The notes under the pieces were generated by a model. The model was not told where the DNA came from and did not search any database. It was given only the letters and a program-made list of their open reading frames with translations. From Candidatus Hydrogenedentota bacterium (GTDB taxonomy: Bacteria > Hydrogenedentota > Hydrogenedentia > Hydrogenedentales > SLHB01): 64,000 nucleotides of DNA. The position numbers and the translations under genes were made by a program. Every line of letters starts with the position of its first letter. The first letter of the stretch is position 1. The stretch covers positions 2,855-66,854 of the forward strand of contig JARKSN010000313.1 of the NCBI GenBank assembly GCA_029974275.1. Direction: 5' to 3'. This document shows, piece by piece, positions 19,310 to 28,219 of the stretch.

Positions 19310-21460
19310 ATGCGCGCCGCTCGAAACAACACGCCGCCGAATCGGCTTGCCCGTGCGACAAGCCCCTACTTGCGGCAACATGCGCACAATCCCGTGGATT
19401 GGTTTCCGTGGTGCGAAGAAGCGCTGCGAAAAGCGGAGCGCGAGGACAAGCCCATTTTCCTGTCCATCGGCTACTCCGCGTGTCACTGGTGTCATGTCAT
19501 GGAACGAGAGTCCTTTGAAGACAAGGACACCGCGGCGCTGCTCAACGCGCATTTCGTCAGCATCAAGGTTGATCGAGAAGAGCGGCCCGATCTCGACGAG
19601 CTCTACATGAGCGCGGTGCAACTCACGACGCAAAACGGCGGATGGCCCATGTCGGTGTTCCTGACGCCGGAGCGGATGCCGTTCTACTGCGGCACGTATT
19701 TCCCTCCGTCCGATCAGCATGGGCGCCCAGGCTTCCAGACCGTGCTCCGCGCATTGGCGAAGGCGTGGCGAGAACAACGCGACTTCATTCGCGGCAATGC
19801 GCGGCAACTTACCGAATGCCTTCGCCTCGGCGGAGCGGGGCGACCCGAGGAAAGCGCGCCGATACGCCCCGATCTGATCCGCCATGCGGCGGCGGCGCTG
19901 TCCATGAGCTTCGACCCCGAACATGGCGGCTGGGGCGGCGCGCCGAAATTTCCCGCGCCGGCATCGATCGCGACGCTGTTGCGCCACGCCTGGCGTCACG
20001 GAGATTCCCATGCTCTCGCCATGGCCTCGTCCACCTTGGAAGCCATGGCGCGCGGAGGCATTCACGACCATCTTGGCGGCGGCTTCCACCGGTATGCGGT
20101 CGACGCGGCATGGCATGTTCCCCACTTTGAAAAAATGCTCTACGACAATGCGCAACTCGCGGCAGCATATCTCGAAGGATACCAATGCACGAAAAAATCG
20201 CTTTTCCGGGAGACGGCGGAAGGAATTTTTCGGTATGTCCTGCGCGATCTGATTTCTCCGGAAGGCGGTTTCTTTTCCAGCGAAGACGCAGACAGCGACG
20301 GACAGGAAGGGATGTTCTATCTGTGGAAGCGCGATGAATTGGACGCCGTTCTCGGCAAGGACGATGCGGCGCTTTTCGCCCATTGCTATAACGTGCGCCC
20401 CGAGGGAAATTTCGATTCGCCCGAAACGCGCCACGCGGGCATGAACATCCTGCGCCGGGCATGGCCCATCGACCCGCACGAAGCCGTTTTTTGCGGGATG
20501 GAGGCGACCGCGCTGGAGGCAGCGCTGGAGCCGATGCGGACGCGCCTTTTCAACGTCCGCGCCCAACGCGCCCGGCCAGGACGAGACGACAAAGCGATCG
20601 CTTCCTGGAATGGAATGATGATCGCGGCGTTCGCGCGCGGCGCGCAGGCACTCCACGAGCCACGGTATGCCGAAGCGGCCCGGCGCGCCGCCGGGTTCAC
20701 GCTCGAACGCTTGCGTCACGATGGACTGCTGGCGCGCAGTTATCGCGATGGCGCGACAAGCGCGCCGGGCTTCCTGGACGACTATGCCCAGGTCGCTTCG
20801 GCTTTGGTTGACCTGTACGAGACCGAGTTCGATGCGCGTTGGCTGCGCGAGGCCAAGCTGCTTGCCGATCGCATGATCGCGTTGTTTTGGGATCGGGAGG
20901 CAGGCGGCTTTTTCAGCGCGCCCCACGGCCAAGAGGACCTTATCGCGCGACTCAAACCGGTCTACGATACGGCCGAACCTTCTGGCAACGCGGCGGCGGC
21001 GACGCTCCTGCTGCGCCTGGCCGCCTATTTTGATAACGCCGAATACCGGAAAACGGCGGAAATCGTGCTCGAACAAAATGCGGCCCTGCTTGAAACGGTT
21101 CCGCAAGCCATGGGCCGCATGCTCTGCGCGGCAGACCAATATCTGCATCCCCCGACGGAAATCGTGCTGGTCGGACCGCGCTCATGCGCCGACGTCCAGC
21201 GCATGGTGCGCGCATTGCACGAGCATTTTCTTCCGAATAAAGTAGTGGCCTTGGCGGATGCTGAAGACGATGACCCGGTTGCGTCGCGGCGCAGGCCATG
21301 GGCCGCCGTCAACGCCATGCAACGCGGCGCGGCCACGGCGCTTGTATGCAGCGATTTCACGTGCCTGCCGCCGCTGGCTACGCCCGAGGCGCTGGCGCAA
21401 GCGTTGGAAAAAGCCAACGGGAGGACGCACGAATGCGCACATGGATCCTCGTCGGATTGA
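19310..21460 (+). CDS. yyaL: Thioredoxin-domain protein YyaL (DUF255 plus six-hairpin glycosidase-like domain)
   Basis: GGAGGAGG RBS 7 nt before the [26 protein letters not shown]...[19 protein letters not shown] is the DUF255/thioredoxin-like N-terminus of YyaL. About 700 aa. Confidence 0.75.
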   Translation: MRAARNNTPPNRLARATSPYLRQHAHNPVDWFPWCEEALRKAEREDKPIFLSIGYSACHWCHVMERESFEDKDTAALLNAHFVSIKVDREERPDLDELYMSAVQLTTQNGGWPMSVFLTPERMPFYCGTYFPPSDQHGRPGFQTVLRALAKAWREQRDFIRGNARQLTECLRLGGAGRPEESAPIRPDLIRHAAAALSMSFDPEHGGWGGAPKFPAPASIATLLRHAWRHGDSHALAMASSTLEAMARGGIHDHLGGGFHRYAVDAAWHVPHFEKMLYDNAQLAAAYLEGYQCTKKSLFRETAEGIFRYVLRDLISPEGGFFSSEDADSDGQEGMFYLWKRDELDAVLGKDDAALFAHCYNVRPEGNFDSPETRHAGMNILRRAWPIDPHEAVFCGMEATALEAALEPMRTRLFNVRAQRARPGRDDKAIASWNGMMIAAFARGAQALHEPRYAEAARRAAGFTLERLRHDGLLARSYRDGATSAPGFLDDYAQVASALVDLYETEFDARWLREAKLLADRMIALFWDREAGGFFSAPHGQEDLIARLKPVYDTAEPSGNAAAATLLLRLAAYFDNAEYRKTAEIVLEQNAALLETVPQAMGRMLCAADQYLHPPTEIVLVGPRSCADVQRMVRALHEHFLPNKVVALADAEDDDPVASRRRPWAAVNAMQRGAATALVCSDFTCLPPLATPEALAQALEKANGRTHECAHGSSSD

Positions 21461-23166
21461 TCGCGTTGATAGGCGCGGGGCTGCTGGACCGTCCCGTGCA
21501 AGCGCAGTCATCTTCCCCGGCGATGCGCGTCGAAGCGGTTACGCAAACCGACGCCGCTCACCCAGGCTCCCGCCTCGACGTCGCCATCGTCGCCACCCTT
21601 CCCGAAGGCTGGCATACCAACTCCAACGCGCCGCTGGAGGCATTTCTGATACCCACCGAACTCACCGTGACGCCTCCCGCAGGCATTACGGTCGAGCGCA
21701 TCGCGTACCCCGAGGCCAAGCGCGTCACGTTCTCGTTCTCCTCCACGCCTGTCGCCGTGTACGATCGCGAGTTTGTGATGCGAGTGCAGCTGGCCCTTGC
21801 CAAGGACCTGGCTCCCGGCGCATATCTGGCAACGGGCGCGCTGCGCTACCAGGCCTGCAACGATCGCACCTGCGCCCCGCCCAAAACCGTCCCCGTGTCG
21901 ATCGCGGTGAACGTCGTTCCGCCTGATCGCGCCGTGACGCCACAGCGCCCGGAACTGTTCGATCAGCCCCTTTCCGCCGCGCCCGCCGAAACGGGGCGGT
22001 CCGAAGCGCCAACGACGCCGGTCGCGGAGCCTTCCCCCGGCGCCTGGAAAGAACGACTCGAACGTTTCGAGACGATGAGCGTCGGAAGTTTCATGACCGC
22101 CTCCGAATTCTTGCGCTTCCTCGAGGACGCGGAATCGGGGAGAGGGCGATCGGCGACGGGCTTGTTTGAGGGACGCAGCATCGCGACGGTGATCCTCTTG
22201 ACGTTGATCGGCGGTCTCGCGCTGAACCTGACGCCGTGCGTGTTGCCGTTGATTCCCATCAACATCGCGATCATCGGCGCCGGCGCACGCGCCAGTTCGC
22301 GCGGACGCGGCTTCGCTTTGGGCGCGGTGTATGGCGGCGGCATCGCTCTCGTCTACGGCGCGCTCGGACTGATCGTCGTGATCGCCGGAAAGACCTTTGG
22401 CGCGATCAACGCCTCGCCTTGGTTCAACGGCGCGATCGCCGTCGTGTTTGTCGCGCTCGCCTTGGCCATGTTCGACCTGTTCCTAATTGATTTCACCCGC
22501 TTTCAAGCCAAGATCGGCCTCAAGAAAAAAGAAGGCGGCAGCTATCCCGTCGCGTTTTTCATGGGGGGGATATCCGCGCTACTCGCGGGCGCGTGCGTGG
22601 CGCCCGTCGTGATCGCCGTCCTTCTTTTCTCGCAAGACCTGTACGCCAAGGGGTCGTCGGCCGCGTTGCTGCTTCCCTTCCTGTTGGGCGTGGGCATGGC
22701 CTTGCCCTGGCCCTTCGCGGGAGCCGGTCTTTCCTTTCTGCCCAAGCCCGGCAAATGGATGGAGCGCGTCAAATATGCCTTCGGCGTTTTTATCCTGCTC
22801 CTCGCCGGATACTACGGCTACCTGTCCTACAGTCTGTTCACCGCCCGCACTTCCGAAACCACGCACGTGGCCCAAAGCGTCGCCGCCCTCGAAACACACG
22901 GCTGGACCTCGTCGCTCGAAGAAGGTCTTGCCCGCGCCGCTTCCGAGAAGAAACCCGTGGTGATCGATTTCTGGGCCACCTGGTGCAAGAACTGTCAAAT
23001 CATGAACGAGACCACCTTCAAAGACCCTGAAGTTGTCCGCCGTCTCGATCGCTACGTCAAAATCAAATACCAGGCAGAGTCTCCCGACGATCCGCCGCAC
23101 AAGGAAATTCTCGACCGCTTCCGCGCCGTCGGTCTGCCTACAATCGTGGTCCTGCGTCCAAAATGA
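21433..23166 (+). CDS. dsbD: Thiol:disulfide interchange protein DsbD (protein-disulfide reductase)
   Basis: Signal peptide [19 protein letters not shown]-terminal DsbD-alpha domain with [12 protein letters not shown]. Central multi-TM CcdA-like domain. C-terminal thioredoxin [12 protein letters not shown]. Confidence 0.8.
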   Translation: MRTWILVGLIALIGAGLLDRPVQAQSSSPAMRVEAVTQTDAAHPGSRLDVAIVATLPEGWHTNSNAPLEAFLIPTELTVTPPAGITVERIAYPEAKRVTFSFSSTPVAVYDREFVMRVQLALAKDLAPGAYLATGALRYQACNDRTCAPPKTVPVSIAVNVVPPDRAVTPQRPELFDQPLSAAPAETGRSEAPTTPVAEPSPGAWKERLERFETMSVGSFMTASEFLRFLEDAESGRGRSATGLFEGRSIATVILLTLIGGLALNLTPCVLPLIPINIAIIGAGARASSRGRGFALGAVYGGGIALVYGALGLIVVIAGKTFGAINASPWFNGAIAVVFVALALAMFDLFLIDFTRFQAKIGLKKKEGGSYPVAFFMGGISALLAGACVAPVVIAVLLFSQDLYAKGSSAALLLPFLLGVGMALPWPFAGAGLSFLPKPGKWMERVKYAFGVFILLLAGYYGYLSYSLFTARTSETTHVAQSVAALETHGWTSSLEEGLARAASEKKPVVIDFWATWCKNCQIMNETTFKDPEVVRRLDRYVKIKYQAESPDDPPHKEILDRFRAVGLPTIVVLRPK

Positions 23167-23257
23167 ATCGGGAGCCGGGACTTTTCTTTTGGACACTCAT
23201 GCTCTATAATGTCGCCAATAGCCAGCGGTTCCGATGCCGCGAATGGAGGAACTAGAA

Positions 23258-23824
23258 ATGAACCGAAAGGTGCGCTTGGGTGTCGCCGTATGTGTGTCCA
23301 TGTTGCTTGCCGCGTTCTTGGTCGTCGCCACGCACGCCGACGACGGCGCCACGTACGTCGGCGCCGCCAAGTGCAAGATGTGCCACAACAAAGCCGATGA
23401 GGGGCAAGTGTGGACGAAGTGGCAGGAATCGAAACATGCCAAAGCCTTCGCGACGTTGAAAACGGATGAAGCCAAAGCGGTCGCCGAAAAAGCGGGCGTT
23501 GCCACGGCTCCGTCCGAAGCGCCCGAATGCCTGCGCTGCCACGTGACCGCATATGAGAAAGACAAGCCACTCCCGGCGGACATCAAGATGGAGGACGGCG
23601 TCCAGTGCGAAAGCTGCCACGGCCCTGAGTCCGCGCACTTTGCCGCAGCCAAAAAGGCGCTTGCAGACAAGTCCATTCCCCAAGTCCTTTCGGGCGCGCC
23701 CAAGGAAGAAACGTGCAAGAAATGCCACAATCCGGAGAGTCCGACGTATAAGGAATTCAACTTCAAGTCGTTCTCCGAAAAGATTGCCCATCCCAACCCG
23801 TTGCGAAAGGCCCCCAAATCCTGA
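23258..23824 (+). CDS. Periplasmic tetraheme c-type cytochrome
   Basis: GGAGG RBS. Signal peptide. Four CxxCH motifs (CKMCH, CLRCH, CESCH, CKKCH). Confidence 0.75.
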   Translation: MNRKVRLGVAVCVSMLLAAFLVVATHADDGATYVGAAKCKMCHNKADEGQVWTKWQESKHAKAFATLKTDEAKAVAEKAGVATAPSEAPECLRCHVTAYEKDKPLPADIKMEDGVQCESCHGPESAHFAAAKKALADKSIPQVLSGAPKEETCKKCHNPESPTYKEFNFKSFSEKIAHPNPLRKAPKS

Positions 23825-23995
23825 TCGCGCCGTGACCCGAGCGAAGCTGTCCGTTTGCGTGCGATGCGCGGTTTCCGGAGAGGCCTTCCTTCGCACAGCA
23901 AGCCGAGGCCATGATTTCGCCCGCGCACGCCGCAGCTGTGAGTGAATAACGATTGGGCTGGGTTCCGATCCGGACGACTGGACCATGGAGACGCC

Positions 23996-24643
23996 ATGAA
24001 AACACGCATCCTGCTGTCCGCACTCGTAGTCTGTTCCCTCGGGTGCGATGCCGACAACGTCAAATCCATTACGCAAGCGCGGATGGTTCCCGCGCCCGCA
24101 CTGGCGACGGCGGACGGGACGGCGACGCAAGGATTTCATGCGGCGCACCCCCCTATCGAGGCATCGGGCATGGCGGGATCGCCGCATGCGCGGACGGTTC
24201 CCTTCCGTTGGACCAAGCCCGCTTCCTGGGCCGACATTCCGCCCACGTCCATGCGGCTCGCCAATTTTTCCATTCCTGACCGGCCCCGCGTCGAATGCTA
24301 TATTTCGACGTTGTCGGGCGCGGCGGGGGGCGTCGCCGCAAACGTCAACCGTTGGCGCAACCAGATGGGGCAACCCGATCTCGCCTCCGACGAGATCGCC
24401 GCGTTGCCGACGATCGAGGTGATGGGCAAACCGGCTTCGATGGTCGAGACGACGGGCTCCTACACCGGCATGAAAGGGGCCACCGAACCCAACTACACGT
24501 TGCGCGGCCTTGTCTTGGAATTGCCCGGCCAGGTTCTTTTCGTCAAGATGATTGGTCCAACGGAAGAAGTGGCTGCCTTGAAGGAGGATTTCGTGGCATT
24601 ATGCGCCTCGATCGCCTCCGTTCCGCCGGAAGACGCCCCGTGA
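23996..24643 (+). CDS. Lipoprotein of unknown function, embedded in the cytochrome c maturation cluster
   Basis: MKTRILLSALVVCSLGC lipobox signal. No CxxC motif and no recognised family. Confidence 0.5.
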   Translation: MKTRILLSALVVCSLGCDADNVKSITQARMVPAPALATADGTATQGFHAAHPPIEASGMAGSPHARTVPFRWTKPASWADIPPTSMRLANFSIPDRPRVECYISTLSGAAGGVAANVNRWRNQMGQPDLASDEIAALPTIEVMGKPASMVETTGSYTGMKGATEPNYTLRGLVLELPGQVLFVKMIGPTEEVAALKEDFVALCASIASVPPEDAP

Positions 24644-25809
24644 AGATCATCCTTCAACGCGGGTTTCTCGCCCTTTCCTCGTACGGATTCTCCTGCATAT
24701 TGTTTTTGTTCCTGTTTGTGCTGACCTATCTGGGAACCATCGAACAGGTTACGCACGGCCTGTACGAAACCAGCCGGAAGTATTTCGAGTCCGTTTTTCT
24801 GACGCATTACCTGTGGGGAGTCGTTCCCGTGCCGCTCCCCGGGGCCTACCTCCTGCTCGTCCTGCTTGCCCTCAATCTCGTAGCCTGCGCCTTCGTGCGC
24901 AACCGGCTGAGTTGGGCGCGCACCGGCGTGTTGCTGGCCCATGCAGGCATCTTGCTCTTGCTGCTTGGCGCCTTCCTCTCTTTTCAACGCTCGCAACAGG
25001 GCCAACTGACACTGTACGAAAATGAGCACGCCCATGAATTCCAAAGCTATCAGCAATGGGAGATCGGGCTCTGTCCTCTTGCGAAACCCGGAACGACGGT
25101 GGAAGAGCGCATCATTTCGCCCCGAGATCTCGCCCAGGGGAAGCGGAACGCCCCTGTCTCTTTCGAATTTCCTGGGCTTCCCATCCGCCTTACGGTGTCG
25201 GATTTCGCTAGGAATGCCCGTCCTCAATCCGCAAGCGGATCTTCCGTCGCCGGCAAGGCGATCGACGGCGTCGTATTGACGGCGCTTCCCCCCGCTCGGG
25301 ATGGCGAGACGAATATTCCAGGAGCCTACGTAACCGTGGAGGACCTGTCCAGCGGCGAGCAGCGCGAAGGCATTTTGTGGGGCGCCGCGCGATCCCCGCT
25401 TGCGTTGGAATTGGGCGGCGTCTCCTGGGCGATCGAACTGCGGCGCCAGCGTTGGACCTTGCCTTTCCAGGTGACGCTTGATTCATTCGTCCGGGAGGTC
25501 TATCCGCGCACCTCCATCCCGAAGGTGTTTGAGAGCACAGTGACCGTCCGCGACGGCGATCTCGAGCAGCGTTTCAAGATCGCCATGAATGAGCCGTTGC
25601 GCTACAAGGGCTATACGTTTTTTCAATCCTCCTGGGGGCCGCCGAACGCCGGGCCCAACGATCGGCTCTACTCCACGCTCGCCGTGGTGAAAAATCCGGC
25701 GGAAAAATTCCCCTTGTACGCTTCCGCCGTCATATCCCTGGGCATGTCCATTCACTTCGGGCTGGCGCTCATCCCGCGCCTCAAGAACCGGAGACGGAGG
25801 ACGGCATGA
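24601..25809 (+). CDS. ccsB: Cytochrome c biogenesis protein CcsB/ResB (System II)
   Basis: N-terminal TM helices (FSCILFLFLFVLTYLGTIEQ), a large periplasmic domain, and the C-terminal RYKGYTFFQSSWGP plus final TM helix typical of the ResB family. Start ambiguous: ATG at 24601 overlaps the lipoprotein by 43 nt, or GTG at 24642 overlaps its stop. Confidence 0.7.
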   Translation: MRLDRLRSAGRRPVKIILQRGFLALSSYGFSCILFLFLFVLTYLGTIEQVTHGLYETSRKYFESVFLTHYLWGVVPVPLPGAYLLLVLLALNLVACAFVRNRLSWARTGVLLAHAGILLLLLGAFLSFQRSQQGQLTLYENEHAHEFQSYQQWEIGLCPLAKPGTTVEERIISPRDLAQGKRNAPVSFEFPGLPIRLTVSDFARNARPQSASGSSVAGKAIDGVVLTALPPARDGETNIPGAYVTVEDLSSGEQREGILWGAARSPLALELGGVSWAIELRRQRWTLPFQVTLDSFVREVYPRTSIPKVFESTVTVRDGDLEQRFKIAMNEPLRYKGYTFFQSSWGPPNAGPNDRLYSTLAVVKNPAEKFPLYASAVISLGMSIHFGLALIPRLKNRRRRTA

Positions 25810-27794
25810 GACCTTTGTTTTTCATACGCGTCGCGGCGATTTCCGGGGGGTTGTTTCTGGCATCCGCCGGTCTGGCCGGCACCCAGCCCGTGCAGGATCC
25901 TTCCGCGCCCCCGTCTTGGGATGCGCCAACCGAGCGGCTGTTTTCTTCCCTGCCCATCCAGGACGAGGGACGCATCAAGCCCATGGGGACATTCGCGGCG
26001 TACACGTTGATGAAGTTCAGCGGCAAGCAAACCTGCAAGGACCCGTCCGGGAATACGCTTTCCGCGACCGCTTGGCTTATGCACTGCCTGTTTCATCCGC
26101 GCTATGCGCAGACCTGCAACGTGTTCCGGGTGGACGATTCCGGCGTTATGGTGGCGCTCGGATTGCCGTTTACGCGCAAGCGCGACCTCTACGCGCACCA
26201 GGATCTCGCGCCCGCCGCCGCAAAACTCTCCGCGCTGGCCGAACAATACGCGCATGTGCCCGCCAAACAGCGGACGCCTCTCCAAACTCAACTCCTCAAC
26301 CTGGCCAGCAACGTTCACGATTTCGAATCGCTGCTGGGGGCGATGGACTTTACGGAAGTTTCGTTTACGTTTCCATCTTCCGATCCGCTGGGCGCCCTCT
26401 TTCCCCAAGATCGCCCGTATCGCATCAGCGACGCGCTCGCCAAGTCCGGCGCGATTCGAGCCGCCGTCATCGCGATGCGATCCCAGGCGGGCGCCGAGAA
26501 AGACCAGGATCCCCAGGGGTGGGCCTCGGTGGGCGTTTTGTTGGGAGAAATGGAAAAGATCGCGGCCCACGGCCATGTTCTTGCCCTTTTTCCGCCCCCG
26601 CCGGATTCGGGAGAAAAAGAATGGATGGCTCCTGCCGACGTCGTCGAATGGGCCTTCGATCGCGACGAGGAAGAGCCGTCCGCCGCTCCCATCGCTTTGT
26701 TGCGTTCGCTCGAGGATCTCGCCCTCGCCCGGCATGACGCCGCTGCATTCGCCGCCAACCTACGTCTCTTTCATGACGCCGTCACCCAGATCGCCATGGC
26801 CCGGGGCGAATACGAAAAAGTTCCTCTCGAAAACGCCTACCACCGCGCCAAGCTTTTTCAACGCAGCTTGATGTTGTATATCCTGGCCTTTCTGATCCTC
26901 GCGGCATCCTGGGCATTGCCCAAGCGAATGACCGAGAACACGTTTACGGACGCATTGTTGATGTTCGCCGTGTTTGCGCCCACGGCATGTCTCGGCGCGG
27001 GCATTGTTTTACGTTGCATCATTCGCGAGCGCCCCCCGGTGACGACGCTCTACGAAACCATTCTCTTCGTAACGTTCACGGCGGCGCTTATCGCCCTTCT
27101 CATTGAATTTCTTTCCAAACAACGTTTGGCGCTGTCGCTGGGGGCGATTCTTGGCGTGTTGGGAATGTTTTTGGCCAACAAATACGAAATCGAGGAGGGC
27201 GTGGACACGATGCCCAGCATGGTGGCCGTGCTGGATTCGAATTTCTGGTTGTCCACGCACGTGACCACCATTGCCATCGGGTATGCGGCCGGCCTGCTTG
27301 CGGGGGCCATCGCCCATGTATACCTTTTGGGAAAGCTCATGGGATTTCGGAAAGATGACCCCGTTTTTTATGGGGACATTACGCGCATGGTGTATGGGAC
27401 CTTGTGTTTCAGCTTGTTGTTTTCCGTGATTGGCACCGTGCTGGGCGGCGTCTGGGCCAACGAAAGCTGGGGCCGCTTCTGGGGATGGGACCCCAAGGAA
27501 AACGGGGCCCTTCTTATCGTTCTCTGGCAATTGGCCCTTCTCCATGCGCGATTGGGAGGTTATCTTCGCGATCACGGCGTCAACATGGGGGCGGTTTTTG
27601 GCGGCATTGTCGTCGCTTTCTCTTGGTTTGGGGTGAATTTGCTGGGCGTCGGCTTGCATAGCTATGGGTTTGCCACAGGAACCCATCGCGCCTTGCTGCT
27701 TTTCTACGCCGTCGAGGGCGTGGCGCTTTTGTTGGGCTGGGTGGCATGGCTGCGCTCGGACAGCGGATCCGCCGGGCAAAGCGCGAAGACATAG
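25806..27794 (+). CDS. ccsA: Cytochrome c-type biogenesis protein CcsA/ResC (System II heme lyase subunit) with large N-terminal periplasmic extension
   Basis: Start overlaps the ccsB stop (ATGA). C-terminal WGRFWGWDPKENGALLIVLW tryptophan-rich WWD heme-handling motif and conserved His-containing TM helices. 662 aa. Confidence 0.8.
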   Translation: MRPLFFIRVAAISGGLFLASAGLAGTQPVQDPSAPPSWDAPTERLFSSLPIQDEGRIKPMGTFAAYTLMKFSGKQTCKDPSGNTLSATAWLMHCLFHPRYAQTCNVFRVDDSGVMVALGLPFTRKRDLYAHQDLAPAAAKLSALAEQYAHVPAKQRTPLQTQLLNLASNVHDFESLLGAMDFTEVSFTFPSSDPLGALFPQDRPYRISDALAKSGAIRAAVIAMRSQAGAEKDQDPQGWASVGVLLGEMEKIAAHGHVLALFPPPPDSGEKEWMAPADVVEWAFDRDEEEPSAAPIALLRSLEDLALARHDAAAFAANLRLFHDAVTQIAMARGEYEKVPLENAYHRAKLFQRSLMLYILAFLILAASWALPKRMTENTFTDALLMFAVFAPTACLGAGIVLRCIIRERPPVTTLYETILFVTFTAALIALLIEFLSKQRLALSLGAILGVLGMFLANKYEIEEGVDTMPSMVAVLDSNFWLSTHVTTIAIGYAAGLLAGAIAHVYLLGKLMGFRKDDPVFYGDITRMVYGTLCFSLLFSVIGTVLGGVWANESWGRFWGWDPKENGALLIVLWQLALLHARLGGYLRDHGVNMGAVFGGIVVAFSWFGVNLLGVGLHSYGFATGTHRALLLFYAVEGVALLLGWVAWLRSDSGSAGQSAKT

Positions 27795-27881
27795 GCGCAG
27801 AGGTGCAAGGGGTTCCGAAGGGGGACGAGGTTCGCAAAGGCGGGATTGCAGATAAAAAATCTCGTTTCTCTCTTTTTTCCC

Positions 27882-27910
27882 TTTACAAGTTTCATGAAAT
27901 GCACTACAAT
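27882..27910 (+). promoter_or_regulatory. Sigma-70-like promoter upstream of the multiheme cytochrome / beta-barrel cassette
   Basis: TTTACA - 17 nt - TACAAT, in the 425-nt gap between ccsA and the first cytochrome gene. Predicts an about 300-nt leader containing a GGCGTTTTC...GAAAACGCC inverted repeat. Confidence 0.4.
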
Positions 27911-28219
27911 GCGTCTATTCCTGATGGTCTTCGAGGTTGCGGATGCTGAAACGGCGTTTTCGGAACGTGCCTTGCGGACGGAAGAGTTCGCGTGAAAACG
28001 CCTGCGTGCGCTCCCGAGCGATGGTCCGGGGCGGGGATGAATGCGCCGCAGGTTCGAGTGAAGCGCGCCAGCCTTTTGTGCAGTGCTAGCAGTACCCGTA
28101 ATCGTGAGAGAGGCCTATGCGTGCATGGTCTCGGAACGATGCGTGCGGTTCCATGAGCGATGGGTATCGAGATGGCCGGGGTGTGTAGCGTGTATGGGAA
28201 TGCGTGAAAGGGACTGATC

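Noticed and set aside
19205-21148. 647-aa minus-strand ORF opposite yyaL
   Set aside because: Antisense of a well-supported DUF255/YyaL gene.
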